64,000 nt of DNA from a virus. Positions 1 through 10,470 of this stretch are shown in pieces. Numbering within the stretch: position 1 is the first letter of the stretch; each line of letters starts with the position of its first letter. The DNA lies in IMG/VR virus record IMGVR_UViG_3300022744_000001, positions 322,022-386,021 of that record; one strand, 5' to 3'. The translations under genes were made by a program, and so were the position numbers. The notes under the pieces were generated by a model that saw only the letters and a list, made by a program, of their open reading frames with translations, was not told the DNA's origin and made no database searches.

Positions 1-3000
1 GTAGAGCAGATAACCCTTGTCCACGTCCAAGGTCACATCGAAGCCCACGCGATAGGTCTTGCGGTAAGCCGTGTCGGAATCGGCCAAATAAACCGTAGCC
101 CCAAGGGGCACGTCCACCGGTAGCCCCGCACTGAAAGTCAACGACGTGCTCGACTTGCTCGAGATGGTCAAGGGAGAGCCCTGGTGGACATAGAATGTCC
201 CATCCGGACCCTGAACCACTACCTTCTGGCTGTTGGCGAAGGCAGGACGATAGGGGGCAGTGTCCACCTTCGCGGTTGTGTCCACGTAGATGGTGACGTC
301 GCCCGCCTTCGCAGAACGAGTCAACAACGCGCGAGGGCTGCGCCGCGACGCGTTCGTCGAACCGGTCAGATTTTTGGCCTGGAAGTCGAGAATCTCGTCT
401 TTCGTTTTGGCATTCGTATCATCGCCCGCAATCGTGTAGCCAAAACGATTTCGGAACGTCGGGAAAAACCGACTCGAGGTGCTCGGCTGGTACGCTTTCA
501 GGTAGGTCCCAAGGTACTTGAGCGGGAACAATGGCGGGGTGGGGTCGATAGGGAACTTCGACAGCTTGAACTTGTCGTCGATCTGGTTGTGTGCGCTTGC
601 AAAACTCGACCGAACCGCCCCTGTGGAACCATCGAACTTGAACTTGCCGTCGTAGTCCCCCACAACACGGCCGTCCATGTTCTGGAGCAGGTCTTCAAGG
701 TAGTTGACCGCGTCGTTGTACTGCTCGAGCGTCGCCCGAGCGATGATGTCCTCGTTGGCCAGATGCCCCTCAGTGAAAAAGACCGACTCGACCCCTTGCT
801 CGTAGAGCTTCGGGGTGCTCGAGTTCGATGTCCTGGGGCCCCCGGAAGGGGAGGAAGAGGTTGCCTCGTCCTTGTAGTCTTGTGCCACTTCCGCCCGGAA
901 GTTCGTCATCGTCTCGACGCGGAAGAAGAACGAGTCCGGAGTGAACGTGGTGAAAGACGCGGTCAACTTCTGGTTGAGAAGCCCGTTTTGGTCCGACGGG
1001 GAGATGCTCGCTGTATATGATGCACGAAGGTTGCCCGTGACGAAACGGTACCTCGTGTAGAAGATCGAGACTTCCTCCTCGGGTTGCAGCGGGGTGGCCA
1101 GGTCGATTTTGCCCGAGTCGTCGATCTTGAAGTCCGTGCCCTCGATGAGAATGACCCCCGGGGAACCGCTCGTCTGCCGGAAGACCACAACCGAATCCGC
1201 CACAGTCGTCGCAGGGGGCATGACCAAGGGCGACTCACTGGTACGCACCGTAGTTGCAGTAGACTCGAAAATAGGACGTACAGAACGACGCAACGTAGCC
1301 CCGGGGGCTTGATACTGCCGTGCAACCGCCTGGGTAATCGAAATCTCAGTGCGGTCGGTATCCGCGTTGTACTTGGCACCGGTGACTTGGTAGAACTCCT
1401 GGAACCCCGTCCCCGAGAAGTAGAGGATGGTACCCGCCACGTAGGTCAGAGACTTGTCTCCCTGCACCTTGACCAGATTCATGCCCCGCGGAACCGCATC
1501 GTACGAGGCCGACTCGAGGACGAAGTACGAGGGCGGCGTGAGCGAAATATCTCCCGAGGAGATGTAGATCTTGGGGTCAGAGAACGAGTCTCGGAAAGTA
1601 CCCGAGACCGTGACCGTGGTCTTGGACCCGTCATAGGTCACGGAAGTAATGTAATAGACCTGCTCCTGCTCGATACGCATGAGCCGGTTGGCTTGGAACT
1701 CCTGGGTCCAATCGCCGATGATGTCGAACGAACTCTCCCCGTCCGTGATAGCAACCTTGGCCAGGTTGATGGGTGGGTTCAGAACCTGAATCGTGTTCTC
1801 GCCCCCGAGCGCCTCGTAAACGTAGTAGTCGATGTAGACGTTCTCTGTGGGCTGAACAATAGGCCCATGCGGAAGCGCGTCGGTAACAACGAGGGCTCCG
1901 CTTGAAGTGGGGATCACGTCAGGCAGGAAAGTGATGCTCGAGGAGTTGATCTGCACCTGGTCCGAGGTTTGCGGACGGCCACCACGGTAAACCGACGGGG
2001 CAGGGTTCGTCGCAACGGTTCGACCCGAGGGGTTGAACGGGATGTTCGAGGCGGGGGTCGAGTGGGTCGTGATCTCCTTTCGCACCAGGAAGGTTGCTCG
2101 CTCCTGGGTGTAGTTCTCCGGGTCGTTCGCGGAGGCGTAGGTGATCCGAATCTCGTCGAGTGCCAACATGCGCTCGCGGAACTGAATGAGTCCGAGGTCC
2201 GGGCTCAGGATGTAGTCCACCCCTTGGACAAGCTGGGTAGTCACGTTCGACCGGATGCGCTCGACCACGGTCAGGGGGTCCACCAGCGCAATCTCTTGCC
2301 AGAAGCGGTCGGCCAGCACTTCCTTGCCCGAGCGCACCTCATACGGCACGCCAGTAGCCACCCCGGGGAAGTCGGGGTCAACGTTGAGGTCCGTGGTGCT
2401 GAACGAGCTGATCGTGTAGACCCCTTTCAGGGGGCCCGCGGGAACCACCACAAAGTCACCGACCGCCACCCCCGCCGCCACGAAGTCCGCAGACAGGTCT
2501 TGGAGCATGGTCGGAGTCGCGACCGTGCCCGTGCCCTCCGCCAGCACCGTCCCCTGCTGGGAGATGAAGGTCACAACGCCCGAAGTCGGCTCGAGAAGGG
2601 CGTCTACGCCATTCGTAAGCGGCACGTAACCAGCGCCCTGGTTCAGCTCGAACGTGGCGTTGGAAGGCTCCACAAGGGGGTCTGGGAGCTGGACCGCCGC
2701 CGACCGGCCGGGAACCGCCACCACGGTAGCGTTCTTCCGAGCGGCAAACACGATCTGGCGGCCGTCGAAGTCCAGGGTGTAGCCGTAGCCCGCCGGAGGA
2801 GAGCCTACGTCCAACCTCGGAAGCACACCGGTGAAAGTCCCCGTCCCTTGCTCCACCTGAACGACGAGCGGGTACGCCGGGTCGTCGATGGGAAGCACGG
2901 GGAGGTACACGGTGGGCTGCGCGATGATGGGGTCCGCCAACACGGACTCTGGCACCGGATAGAAGGTCGAAACGTCCTTCAAATCCGGGTCTTTAGCGTT

Positions 3001-4368
3001 CAAGTCCACCGGGTTCCGGAACAACCGAAGCGAGATGCCACGCTCAATGAGCAGGTCCCCACTCAAGAACTCCGCCGTCCGCGACCCGTACTTGGCCTGG
3101 TCTGCGTCAGAGAACTGCACGTTCCCAGAGTCATCCACCTGCACCACATCCGCCTGCCCAGGGGAAGTCAGCGAGGAAACCCGCACTGCACTGGTGAACT
3201 GGTAAATGTCTGCCTTTTTCTCCACCGTGTACGAGCTGGACGCCACCGAAGGGAAGGGTGGGGCCACCGTAAGCTGGGTGTTCGACACCGCCGTGATCTG
3301 CCGACGCGCCCCAGTGCCAAGGACAACAATGTCCCCCACCTTGACTTTGTCCGAGACAAAGCTCGCCGCCCCGTCTTGGAGCACCGAGGTCGAAAGGAAG
3401 GTGGCCGTCCCCGTGGGAGCCCCCGACTTCTTGGCCCGGAAGATGAGATCCGCCCCCTCCGAGGGGAGCGAGGAAATCACCGAAGGACTCGTAACGGTGC
3501 CAATCGTTTCACGTGAAACGGTCTTGCCAGTCTGGTACAGGACGCCGTCATAATAGACGGTTTCCCCAGCATTATTGGCCAGGTCGGTCGAGTTGAAGCG
3601 GAGGCGGCCTGTATCTCGAGCCCATTCCACCGTGCCCTGCACGGGGTTCACGGAGAAGGCCCCCTCGTTGGTCACGCTGACCGGGCTGAGATACATGCCG
3701 AACCCGAACCGGATCAGAGGCTTTCTCGAGGACGAGCTTGGGATGGGGTTGAGGCACAGGACGTCGTTCGTGTCCCCCAGCGCGCCCGTAGACTCCTTGA
3801 GCCCGAAATGGTTTTGCCGTTGAAAATAAACGGTTTGACCGTCCTGGCTGAGGAGGTCGTTGGGGTGCCAATTCAGGTTGCCCGTGTCGAGGCTGATCTG
3901 CACACGGCCCACAGGGGGCGTGGTGAAAGCCGCATCGTTCGGAACGAGGATCGCTGGGAACGTCGTACCGCTCCCAATAGAGCCCACCGAAACGCGGATG
4001 GGGGCCACTGAGACCGAAACCGTGGGCGGTGCGACTTTCAGTCGGGTTGTGTTCGCGTTCGCATCGAGGACGCCAACAACGGCGCGAGATGAGCCGGGGA
4101 GCGGGCGGAACCGCTGTCCCTGTCCATCGTAATCGAACCTCTGGATGCCCCCTTCGTTCTTGGTCCACCCGAACTCGGCATCCGCAAGATCGCCATCAAC
4201 AAGGCTGAGGACAAGGTACTCAGTACGACCAGGGTCTGACTCATCGGTCCCATAGACCGAGTTGTAGCTACTCTGGCTCGAGATGAGGTTGTCAGGGCTT
4301 GCCGTGAACGGCGAGTTGGCCGCGCCGACCCGAGGCTTCTCAAGAACATAACCGCTGAAATTCGCCAT
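1..4368 (-). CDS. Giant virion structural protein (baseplate wedge / tail-fibre-like), >1456 aa, 3'-truncated by window edge; absent from ORF track
   Basis: ATG at 4368 gives MANFSGYVLEKPRVGAANSPF...; the same frame reads ...KTYRVGFDVTLDVDKGYLLY at position 1. The track reports no closed ORF in this frame. T/G/V/D-rich beta composition; follows spike genes; the + ORFs 184, 1084 and 1969 are its antisense shadows. Confidence 0.85.
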   Translation of the reverse strand, partial: MANFSGYVLEKPRVGAANSPFTASPDNLISSQSSYNSVYGTDESDPGRTEYLVLSLVDGDLADAEFGWTKNEGGIQRFDYDGQGQRFRPLPGSSRAVVGVLDANANTTRLKVAPPTVSVSVAPIRVSVGSIGSGTTFPAILVPNDAAFTTPPVGRVQISLDTGNLNWHPNDLLSQDGQTVYFQRQNHFGLKESTGALGDTNDVLCLNPIPSSSSRKPLIRFGFGMYLSPVSVTNEGAFSVNPVQGTVEWARDTGRLRFNSTDLANNAGETVYYDGVLYQTGKTVSRETIGTVTSPSVISSLPSEGADLIFRAKKSGAPTGTATFLSTSVLQDGAASFVSDKVKVGDIVVLGTGARRQITAVSNTQLTVAPPFPSVASSSYTVEKKADIYQFTSAVRVSSLTSPGQADVVQVDDSGNVQFSDADQAKYGSRTAEFLSGDLLIERGISLRLFRNPVDLNAKDPDLKDVSTFYPVPESVLADPIIAQPTVYLPVLPIDDPAYPLVVQVEQGTGTFTGVLPRLDVGSPPAGYGYTLDFDGRQIVFAARKNATVVAVPGRSAAVQLPDPLVEPSNATFELNQGAGYVPLTNGVDALLEPTSGVVTFISQQGTVLAEGTGTVATPTMLQDLSADFVAAGVAVGDFVVVPAGPLKGVYTISSFSTTDLNVDPDFPGVATGVPYEVRSGKEVLADRFWQEIALVDPLTVVERIRSNVTTQLVQGVDYILSPDLGLIQFRERMLALDEIRITYASANDPENYTQERATFLVRKEITTHSTPASNIPFNPSGRTVATNPAPSVYRGGRPQTSDQVQINSSSITFLPDVIPTSSGALVVTDALPHGPIVQPTENVYIDYYVYEALGGENTIQVLNPPINLAKVAITDGESSFDIIGDWTQEFQANRLMRIEQEQVYYITSVTYDGSKTTVTVSGTFRDSFSDPKIYISSGDISLTPPSYFVLESASYDAVPRGMNLVKVQGDKSLTYVAGTILYFSGTGFQEFYQVTGAKYNADTDRTEISITQAVARQYQAPGATLRRSVRPIFESTATTVRTSESPLVMPPATTVADSVVVFRQTSGSPGVILIEGTDFKIDDSGKIDLATPLQPEEEVSIFYTRYRFVTGNLRASYTASISPSDQNGLLNQKLTASFTTFTPDSFFFRVETMTNFRAEVAQDYKDEATSSSPSGGPRTSNSSTPKLYEQGVESVFFTEGHLANEDIIARATLEQYNDAVNYLEDLLQNMDGRVVGDYDGKFKFDGSTGAVRSSFASAHNQIDDKFKLSKFPIDPTPPLFPLKYLGTYLKAYQPSTSSRFFPTFRNRFGYTIAGDDTNAKTKDEILDFQAKNLTGSTNASRRSPRALLTRSAKAGDVTIYVDTTAKVDTAPYRPAFANSQKVVVQGPDGTFYVHQGSPLTISSKSSTSLTFSAGLPVDVPLGATVYLADSDTAYRKTYRVGFDVTLDVDKGYLLY

Positions 4369-4415
4369 TTCATCCCGTACTCATTTGTTCCCAAGGTACC
4401 TGGGAAAGGTTGTAT

Positions 4416-4985
4416 TCAGAGAATGCTGCCTTGGCCGACCCCAGAAGACCCCATGGGAGTCGGCGCTCCTACAATGGGGATCGGCAAAGTAAAAACTGCG
4501 AGGGTCATCTGAAGCGCCAGCGAGATGGCAGACGCCTTTTGGGTCGCGCCCGTCCCCTTGATATCTACCCCGGCAAACCCCGCCATAAGGAAAGGGAAAG
4601 CTGGCCCGCCAATCACTTTGGCCACCCCGGTACCTGAACCTACCGTTGGGTGCTGGGTGGTCATGATTCCCTGGATAAACCCGAGCCCGAGCCCCACGCC
4701 CAACCCTGTTGCCTCTTGAGGGGCCATTACCCCGAGCTGCCCGTTCACAGGGTAAGCTGCAAGTAAGCTGGCGATGAGAAGAGGCGGAGGTACCGCAAAG
4801 GGTAAAAACCCCACCCCGACGCCGAGGGTGCCCGCGTCTACGGTGACCACCTTGAGGGACTTGACCCAAGCACAAACCCCGTTGGCCACCCCTTGGGCGA
4901 GTTTGGGCACCCCTGAGCCGGTCATGGCTACGCCCCTGAGCCCAACGATGAGGGCGCCGGTCAATCCTGCGGGCGTGAGGGGCAT
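4416..4985 (-). CDS. Gly/Ala-rich spike-associated (tip-like) protein
   Basis: 189 aa, abuts the spike gene; function inferred from position only. Confidence 0.5.
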   Translation of the reverse strand: MPLTPAGLTGALIVGLRGVAMTGSGVPKLAQGVANGVCAWVKSLKVVTVDAGTLGVGVGFLPFAVPPPLLIASLLAAYPVNGQLGVMAPQEATGLGVGLGLGFIQGIMTTQHPTVGSGTGVAKVIGGPAFPFLMAGFAGVDIKGTGATQKASAISLALQMTLAVFTLPIPIVGAPTPMGSSGVGQGSIL

Positions 4986-4986
4986 G

Positions 4987-7158
4987 TCAAATTGACCTCA
5001 CCGTTGCGCACCCCTGCAAAGGGAGCCCCGTGATCCAGTCAAGGGAGGGAGAGCCCGGGGGCTGCATGGGAAGCCCTCGAGCAACCCCGAGAACCGCCGC
5101 GGCCCCACCAAGCAGAATCTGTGGGGCCGTCAGGCTGATTGCCACGGACGCCACCATGTTGATCGCGAGCCCGGCTGTGAGCGAGATGGCGCCCGACGCC
5201 GCCGAAAGGGACATGGCCCCTGCTGCGGTCGAAAGGGACACTGCACCCGCCGTGGTGGACATGGAAATAGCCCCCGTCCCCACCGTCACCGACCAGGCCC
5301 CCGCCACGTTGTTGAACGAGGTCGCCCCTGCTGTCACCGTGGTGGTTCGTGCACCCGCCACAAGCGTCTCGGCGATGTTCCCGAGAAGGACCGTCGTTGT
5401 CCGCCCGCCCGTCGCAATGGTCTCCGTGATGAGCTGGGCGTACATAGCCTGGCTCTTGCCCGAGATTACCTCGTTCTTGGAGCCATAGTTCCCCGTGAAG
5501 GAGTTCAGGGCGTTGATGCTCACAGTGCTCGCCTGCGAGCTGTGGCCGCCATCCACGGTCATCTGGTAGGCGCCGTTAACGACCTCGGTCAGGTTACCCG
5601 AGATGGCCGTTTCCGCGTTGCCCTGCACGTCCATGCTGTGGGCCACGTCGTCCGTGCTGTTGCCGTTGCCCCGGTAGACGTTCTTGATTGCCCCACGGAA
5701 GTTGGTCGTGATGCACTGCCCGTCTGCGTTCGGGCCAACGTCGAGGAACAAGCCGCCCTCGAGAGTCAAATGCAGGGAGACGCGGTCTGGAGTTGAGGCC
5801 CCGACACGCATCTTGATTGCGCCCTCGGAGTTGATCTCTGCCGAGACATTCTTGGAGCTGTAGTTCTCCACCGTCGAGCCCGGCATGTTGACGAACAATT
5901 TGCCCTGCTTCGAAACCGCCATGGCGAATTCGCTACGAGACGCGCTACGGGGCGGGAGCAACCGGAAGAGGTACCCGCCAGCCATCGTGAGGGCTTCATC
6001 GACTGCCGTGGAGGGTGGGCGCAAGCACTCCTCGAGCCGGAAGCCCGCGGGGGAGGCCGTCTGGTCAAAGTCTTCGAAGAGCTTCGGCTTGAGCACTCGA
6101 GCGTATTGCCGCTGCCCCTGAGTGGAGAAGGCATCGTTCCCCACAACTGTCCCAAAGACCTGCTCGATGTAAGCCCGGGGGCGGTCCATCGAGAAGCCAT
6201 CGACCTCGTCGAGAACCTCCTGTCGCAACTCCGTGTCGTGACGGATCTCCATGCGACGCTCGGTAAAAGCCCGCAGAGGCCCGCCGTTGAGCGCGTCTTC
6301 GAAGTCCACCGCCGGAGCTTCGGAGGGGACGAAAACCTGCCGCCCGTTCGTGTAAGTCGTGGGCGGAAACTCATTGCTGTCGTTGATGCGGTCGAGCACC
6401 ACGCCACTCGTGTTCGAGAAGGTGGAACCCTGAACGCCCGCCGCCGCAAGCTCCTCACGCCCAAAGTAGCGTTCGGACGAATCCTTCAAAGTCTTCGTGG
6501 GGTTACCGTCCTTGTCCGTACGGAAAATCCAGGACGGGAGGTTCATCGCGCCGCGGCGGACGGCACCGGAAAACACGTACGCGGCCGAGTCTGAGGCAAC
6601 CTGGTTGATCGCCTGGGACACCAGGGTCCGATCCACATCCCGAAGCTCGAGGGAGTCCCCGGCCCGGTTCATCAACCGGACGTCCTTGGACAGCTGGAAC
6701 TCCGCGCCAGAGGCCGACATACCGACGATGTCCCCCTGCTTGCCTCGAATGCGCTTGTACCGGATCGTGGGCCCGTACAGCTTGGCCAGGTCCGCTGCGT
6801 CCGCGGGGTCCACCTCGGAAGAGGGTACCGGAGAGAACGGGTCGTACCGAAGCCCCGCCAAGCTCCCTACCGGAACGTAGCCAAGAATCACCGCGTCGTA
6901 GATCTGCTTGCTTCGACGCCGGTACCCAATAATGACCAAGCTGTTGACCTCGGGGATACCCCCAAGGAACGACCGAGGGCCGCACATCGCCTGAGTGAGG
7001 TCCAGCTCGAACCGTTCATCACTCCCCATGATGCGGACGTCCGCCTTCAAATGGTGCTCGTCTACCCGGGTAAGGATACCCAAGCGGGTCGAGTTGAACG
7101 GAGAGTCCCCGGTTGAGAACTCCTTGTCTGGAACCTTGCCGTACGGAACTTTCGGCAT
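4987..7158 (-). CDS. Baseplate central spike (gp5/VgrG-like)
   Basis: OB-fold-like N-terminus (GGIPEVNSLVIIGY); C-terminal S/T/G/A beta-helix-type repeats (GAISMSTTAGAVSLSTAAGAMSLSAASGAISLTAG); follows the hub gene. Confidence 0.75.
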   Translation of the reverse strand: MPKVPYGKVPDKEFSTGDSPFNSTRLGILTRVDEHHLKADVRIMGSDERFELDLTQAMCGPRSFLGGIPEVNSLVIIGYRRRSKQIYDAVILGYVPVGSLAGLRYDPFSPVPSSEVDPADAADLAKLYGPTIRYKRIRGKQGDIVGMSASGAEFQLSKDVRLMNRAGDSLELRDVDRTLVSQAINQVASDSAAYVFSGAVRRGAMNLPSWIFRTDKDGNPTKTLKDSSERYFGREELAAAGVQGSTFSNTSGVVLDRINDSNEFPPTTYTNGRQVFVPSEAPAVDFEDALNGGPLRAFTERRMEIRHDTELRQEVLDEVDGFSMDRPRAYIEQVFGTVVGNDAFSTQGQRQYARVLKPKLFEDFDQTASPAGFRLEECLRPPSTAVDEALTMAGGYLFRLLPPRSASRSEFAMAVSKQGKLFVNMPGSTVENYSSKNVSAEINSEGAIKMRVGASTPDRVSLHLTLEGGLFLDVGPNADGQCITTNFRGAIKNVYRGNGNSTDDVAHSMDVQGNAETAISGNLTEVVNGAYQMTVDGGHSSQASTVSINALNSFTGNYGSKNEVISGKSQAMYAQLITETIATGGRTTTVLLGNIAETLVAGARTTTVTAGATSFNNVAGAWSVTVGTGAISMSTTAGAVSLSTAAGAMSLSAASGAISLTAGLAINMVASVAISLTAPQILLGGAAAVLGVARGLPMQPPGSPSLDWITGLPLQGCATVRSI

Positions 7159-7161
7159 AAC

Positions 7162-10100
7162 TCACCCAGTGAGCTGAGCCAGCCCACCCTCCTTCTGGGC
7201 AATGTCCTGCTCAGTCTGCGCAAGCTCTCTCTGCAACTCCCCCACGTCGTCGGTACTGTGGATCTGGGGGTTCTGTGCGTCAGAAATTCGCTTGCGAAGG
7301 CGGTCAGCTTTCGACCTCAAATTGGTCAACTCCACACCGGCTTTCTTCGCCTTCGTGGTCTTACGCAAATCTGAGCTGAAATTCTTGAGGCTGTTCTGCA
7401 TCGCGTCCAGCGAGGACTTGCCCATCTTGGCGGTAGCCAGAGGGTCCCCCACAGCAGCACGGTTCAAAGCCGAGAATGGGGGCGCCACGCCAGCCACCGA
7501 CTGGTCGTCTGGGGTCGAGAATAGGTCGGGTAGGGTTTGCGTGCTCGGCTCTACACCGTTGGGGTCGCCTCGCAACGCATTCTCCACCGGCTGATGAGCT
7601 TCATCGAGGGCGGAGTAGAGATTCCAGAGATAGCTTTCTACCCTTGAAGTCAGCTCCGCCCCACCCTTCAAGTTGGCGGGCTTCACGTAGGACGAGGAAG
7701 CGCTAGTGATAGCGTCTACCCCAAACTGCGTCGTGTTGCCTTGCGCCTTATCGAAAGCGGACAGAGCCGCGTTGAACTCATCCTCGGTCAAAGTCGAGTC
7801 AGGGGTCGAGCCGGTGAGCAAGTTCGTCTGGTACCCGTAGTTGATGAATGCCAGGTCTGCCCGCCCAAGCTGGCATTCACAATTCGGGTCCCCAGGGACC
7901 TCGCCAAACTTGACGGTCATCTCAGCCAGCGTGAGCGCCCGAGAGAGCTGTGAGGCTTCTACGCTCGTGGGGGCGCCTTGTTGCTCCATGGATCCCAAGG
8001 TCGCGGTATCCACGAAACTCGACTCGGTATCCACGAACTGCGGCTTTGTGCCGAGCACCTGGTCCGGCACCAACGCCGCGGCCGTTTGCAAATCCTCCGG
8101 TTGGAGACGAGCAATCGCATCCGAAGGGTTCGGGTACACGGACGTCTGCGTAGTAACCCCTTGGGACTGGGCGGTAAGGGTGGCAAAAAGGTCTCCAGAG
8201 AGTGCAAGCTGGGTCTCCCCCAAGCTGCCCTTTACCGAGCCTCCGTTGCCCACTCTCTTGTTTGGCTCATTGACGATGAGCGCTCCATCTCGAAGCGAGA
8301 TCCCTCGCCCATAACGGTAGTGGCCAATGACCTCAAACCCACGATCATCCGAAACCGGCCGCACCATGGTCGTCGGACTGGTGAGGCTCGGGTCATCCTC
8401 GAGCAAAGCCACCGTAGCGCCGTCCTGAATCACCTTGATGTTCTTCTGCGGAAGAAGGGTCATCTGGGAAATGAATTTGGACTGGTCGTAGGCGTAGAGG
8501 TACACGCCCGAGGAGTTCAACCCGTAGGTGAAACGGTTGTGAGCATACTTGTTCTGAAGCTGCGAGATCCGGTCCACCTGCTGCTCGCCAAGTTCCTGCA
8601 AGTTGGTTTCCTGGTTCTTAGCAACTCGCGCCTGGTCTTTCTTTGGTACCTGCGCGTTGGTGCCCGGAGCCTTGATTCCAGAGGCGTTGGTAAAATACTC
8701 GCCCTCATAAGGTCGAGAGTAGACCATCACCACATTGGGGAAGCCCACGATTCGCCCCGTCTTCGGGTGACGAAGCACAAGGGGCTCGTACGGGGTGAGC
8801 GAGTTCGAGTCCTGCGGGTCGAGGTTGATGGCCGGGATGAACCCTGCATTGCCCACGTCCAGCTCGAACCCTGAGCTTGCCGCCTCTCGAGCGGAGACCA
8901 TTTGCTTGGAAGAGTCGGTCTTAGCAAAAGAATCCTTGTTCTTTGGCTTCAACGTCCCCATTCCCTTGATGCCGATGAACTTGCCCCGTCGAGCTGTAAG
9001 GGTGAGGGTGGTAGTCGCTCGAGAGCCGAACGAGATGTTGTGGCTGATGCCTTTGATGTACCAAACCTGGTCTTTTGGGGCGACATAGATCGGGAACCCC
9101 AACCGCAACTCAGGCCGGAAAGGAATGGTAATCGTTGCCGAGTGCCGTCGCGAGTTGATTCGGTCGAGCACATCGAGGCCGTGAAAGTACATCTTTTGCA
9201 GGTTGTCACCGAGGAACTCCGACGGGTAGGGCTGCGAACGCCACCCGTATTTCCGGAGAAGGTGGTAGTCGGTAACGCTCGTATAAGGGGTCAACTCCGC
9301 AGGTGCCCCATACTCTTTGTTGCCGAAGAACCCACCTTGCATGGTCAACTGTGTGACTACGTCGGCCTCCGACTCGGAGAAATCCCAGTCGATGATGTCA
9401 ATGTCCTGGACCCAGCTCACCGGCTTGTTCGAGAGAATGTCCAAGTTGTAGAACGGGGGCTTGAAAACGATGTCCCCGGTCACGTCCATGTAGAACTCGA
9501 ACCCGATCGCCTCTTTGCATTGGTTGGCGATTTCCAGCTTTGTCTGGTAGTCGTTCTGCCAAAAGTTCGTGACACCCTCGCCGATCTGACCATAGTCGTC
9601 ACGGAAGGCGGTCACATTCTCACCCGCAGGGTCAAACCCGAATGGACCTTCCACCGGGTTACCATTACGAATTGAAGAGCAGACGAAGTTCTTGACCTCG
9701 TTGAGCTTGCCGCTCTTGTAGGTCTCTGCCAGCGAGTCACCACGTACAGCAACGCCCGAGACCCCGTAAAGCACTAGGCTGGAGCGAATCCTCGCGAACC
9801 GGCTCTCCCAATAGACCATGATATCGGAGAGGGCCGCAGTGAACGTCTGCTGCTGTTTCTGCTCCTGAACCAGGCTTTTGAGGGAACCTGTCGCCACGAT
9901 GACGTCGCCGAAAGCCATCTGGGCCAGGGTGAAGATCACGTCGTAGGGGTTGGTCCCAAACAGGACGTTCCCGGACAGGGACTTGCCGAGCTGAGGGGTC
10001 TGTCCAAGGAAAGCGGGGTTGATGTTCAACCGGCAAATGTCCCACCACTTGAGGATGTCGGCACAGTTGATAGTGACCGTGTGCTCCCCGCCCGAGTAGC

Positions 10101-10470
10101 TGTCGGAAACCTCGGTCACGAGCCCCCAGAAGACCGGGTAATACTGGGGAATGCCCTCGAGAAGGTAGAACCCCTTCGCGAAGATCTCGACCTCCATCAT
10201 GGGCGAAATGACCGGTACCCCATCGAAGAAGAAGTCGTCCACCGTGTGGCGGGGGATGGACAGGCTGACGGTCGCGCTGCCAGGCACGCTGTCGATGTCC
10301 AAGTTGACCTGGATACTCGTGATGTACTTGGACAGGTCAAACTTGCGTTTGCAGCTCGGGCACCCAAGGACGTCCTGCTCCCCGTTGATGTACACGAGGG
10401 CGTCCGGAGCCGTCACCACGGTAGGGCGAAGGTTCGGCTGAAAGGTGCCTTGGAAAGGACTGCGGGCCAT
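7162..10470 (-). CDS. Baseplate hub protein (gp27-like) with C-terminal extension
   Basis: Motifs EFYMDVTGDIVFKPPFYN and ATITIPFRPELRLGFPIY...WYIKGISHNISFG..ATTTLTL typical of hub proteins; synteny. Confidence 0.75.
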   Translation of the reverse strand: MARSPFQGTFQPNLRPTVVTAPDALVYINGEQDVLGCPSCKRKFDLSKYITSIQVNLDIDSVPGSATVSLSIPRHTVDDFFFDGVPVISPMMEVEIFAKGFYLLEGIPQYYPVFWGLVTEVSDSYSGGEHTVTINCADILKWWDICRLNINPAFLGQTPQLGKSLSGNVLFGTNPYDVIFTLAQMAFGDVIVATGSLKSLVQEQKQQQTFTAALSDIMVYWESRFARIRSSLVLYGVSGVAVRGDSLAETYKSGKLNEVKNFVCSSIRNGNPVEGPFGFDPAGENVTAFRDDYGQIGEGVTNFWQNDYQTKLEIANQCKEAIGFEFYMDVTGDIVFKPPFYNLDILSNKPVSWVQDIDIIDWDFSESEADVVTQLTMQGGFFGNKEYGAPAELTPYTSVTDYHLLRKYGWRSQPYPSEFLGDNLQKMYFHGLDVLDRINSRRHSATITIPFRPELRLGFPIYVAPKDQVWYIKGISHNISFGSRATTTLTLTARRGKFIGIKGMGTLKPKNKDSFAKTDSSKQMVSAREAASSGFELDVGNAGFIPAINLDPQDSNSLTPYEPLVLRHPKTGRIVGFPNVVMVYSRPYEGEYFTNASGIKAPGTNAQVPKKDQARVAKNQETNLQELGEQQVDRISQLQNKYAHNRFTYGLNSSGVYLYAYDQSKFISQMTLLPQKNIKVIQDGATVALLEDDPSLTSPTTMVRPVSDDRGFEVIGHYRYGRGISLRDGALIVNEPNKRVGNGGSVKGSLGETQLALSGDLFATLTAQSQGVTTQTSVYPNPSDAIARLQPEDLQTAAALVPDQVLGTKPQFVDTESSFVDTATLGSMEQQGAPTSVEASQLSRALTLAEMTVKFGEVPGDPNCECQLGRADLAFINYGYQTNLLTGSTPDSTLTEDEFNAALSAFDKAQGNTTQFGVDAITSASSSYVKPANLKGGAELTSRVESYLWNLYSALDEAHQPVENALRGDPNGVEPSTQTLPDLFSTPDDQSVAGVAPPFSALNRAAVGDPLATAKMGKSSLDAMQNSLKNFSSDLRKTTKAKKAGVELTNLRSKADRLRKRISDAQNPQIHSTDDVGELQRELAQTEQDIAQKEGGLAQLTG

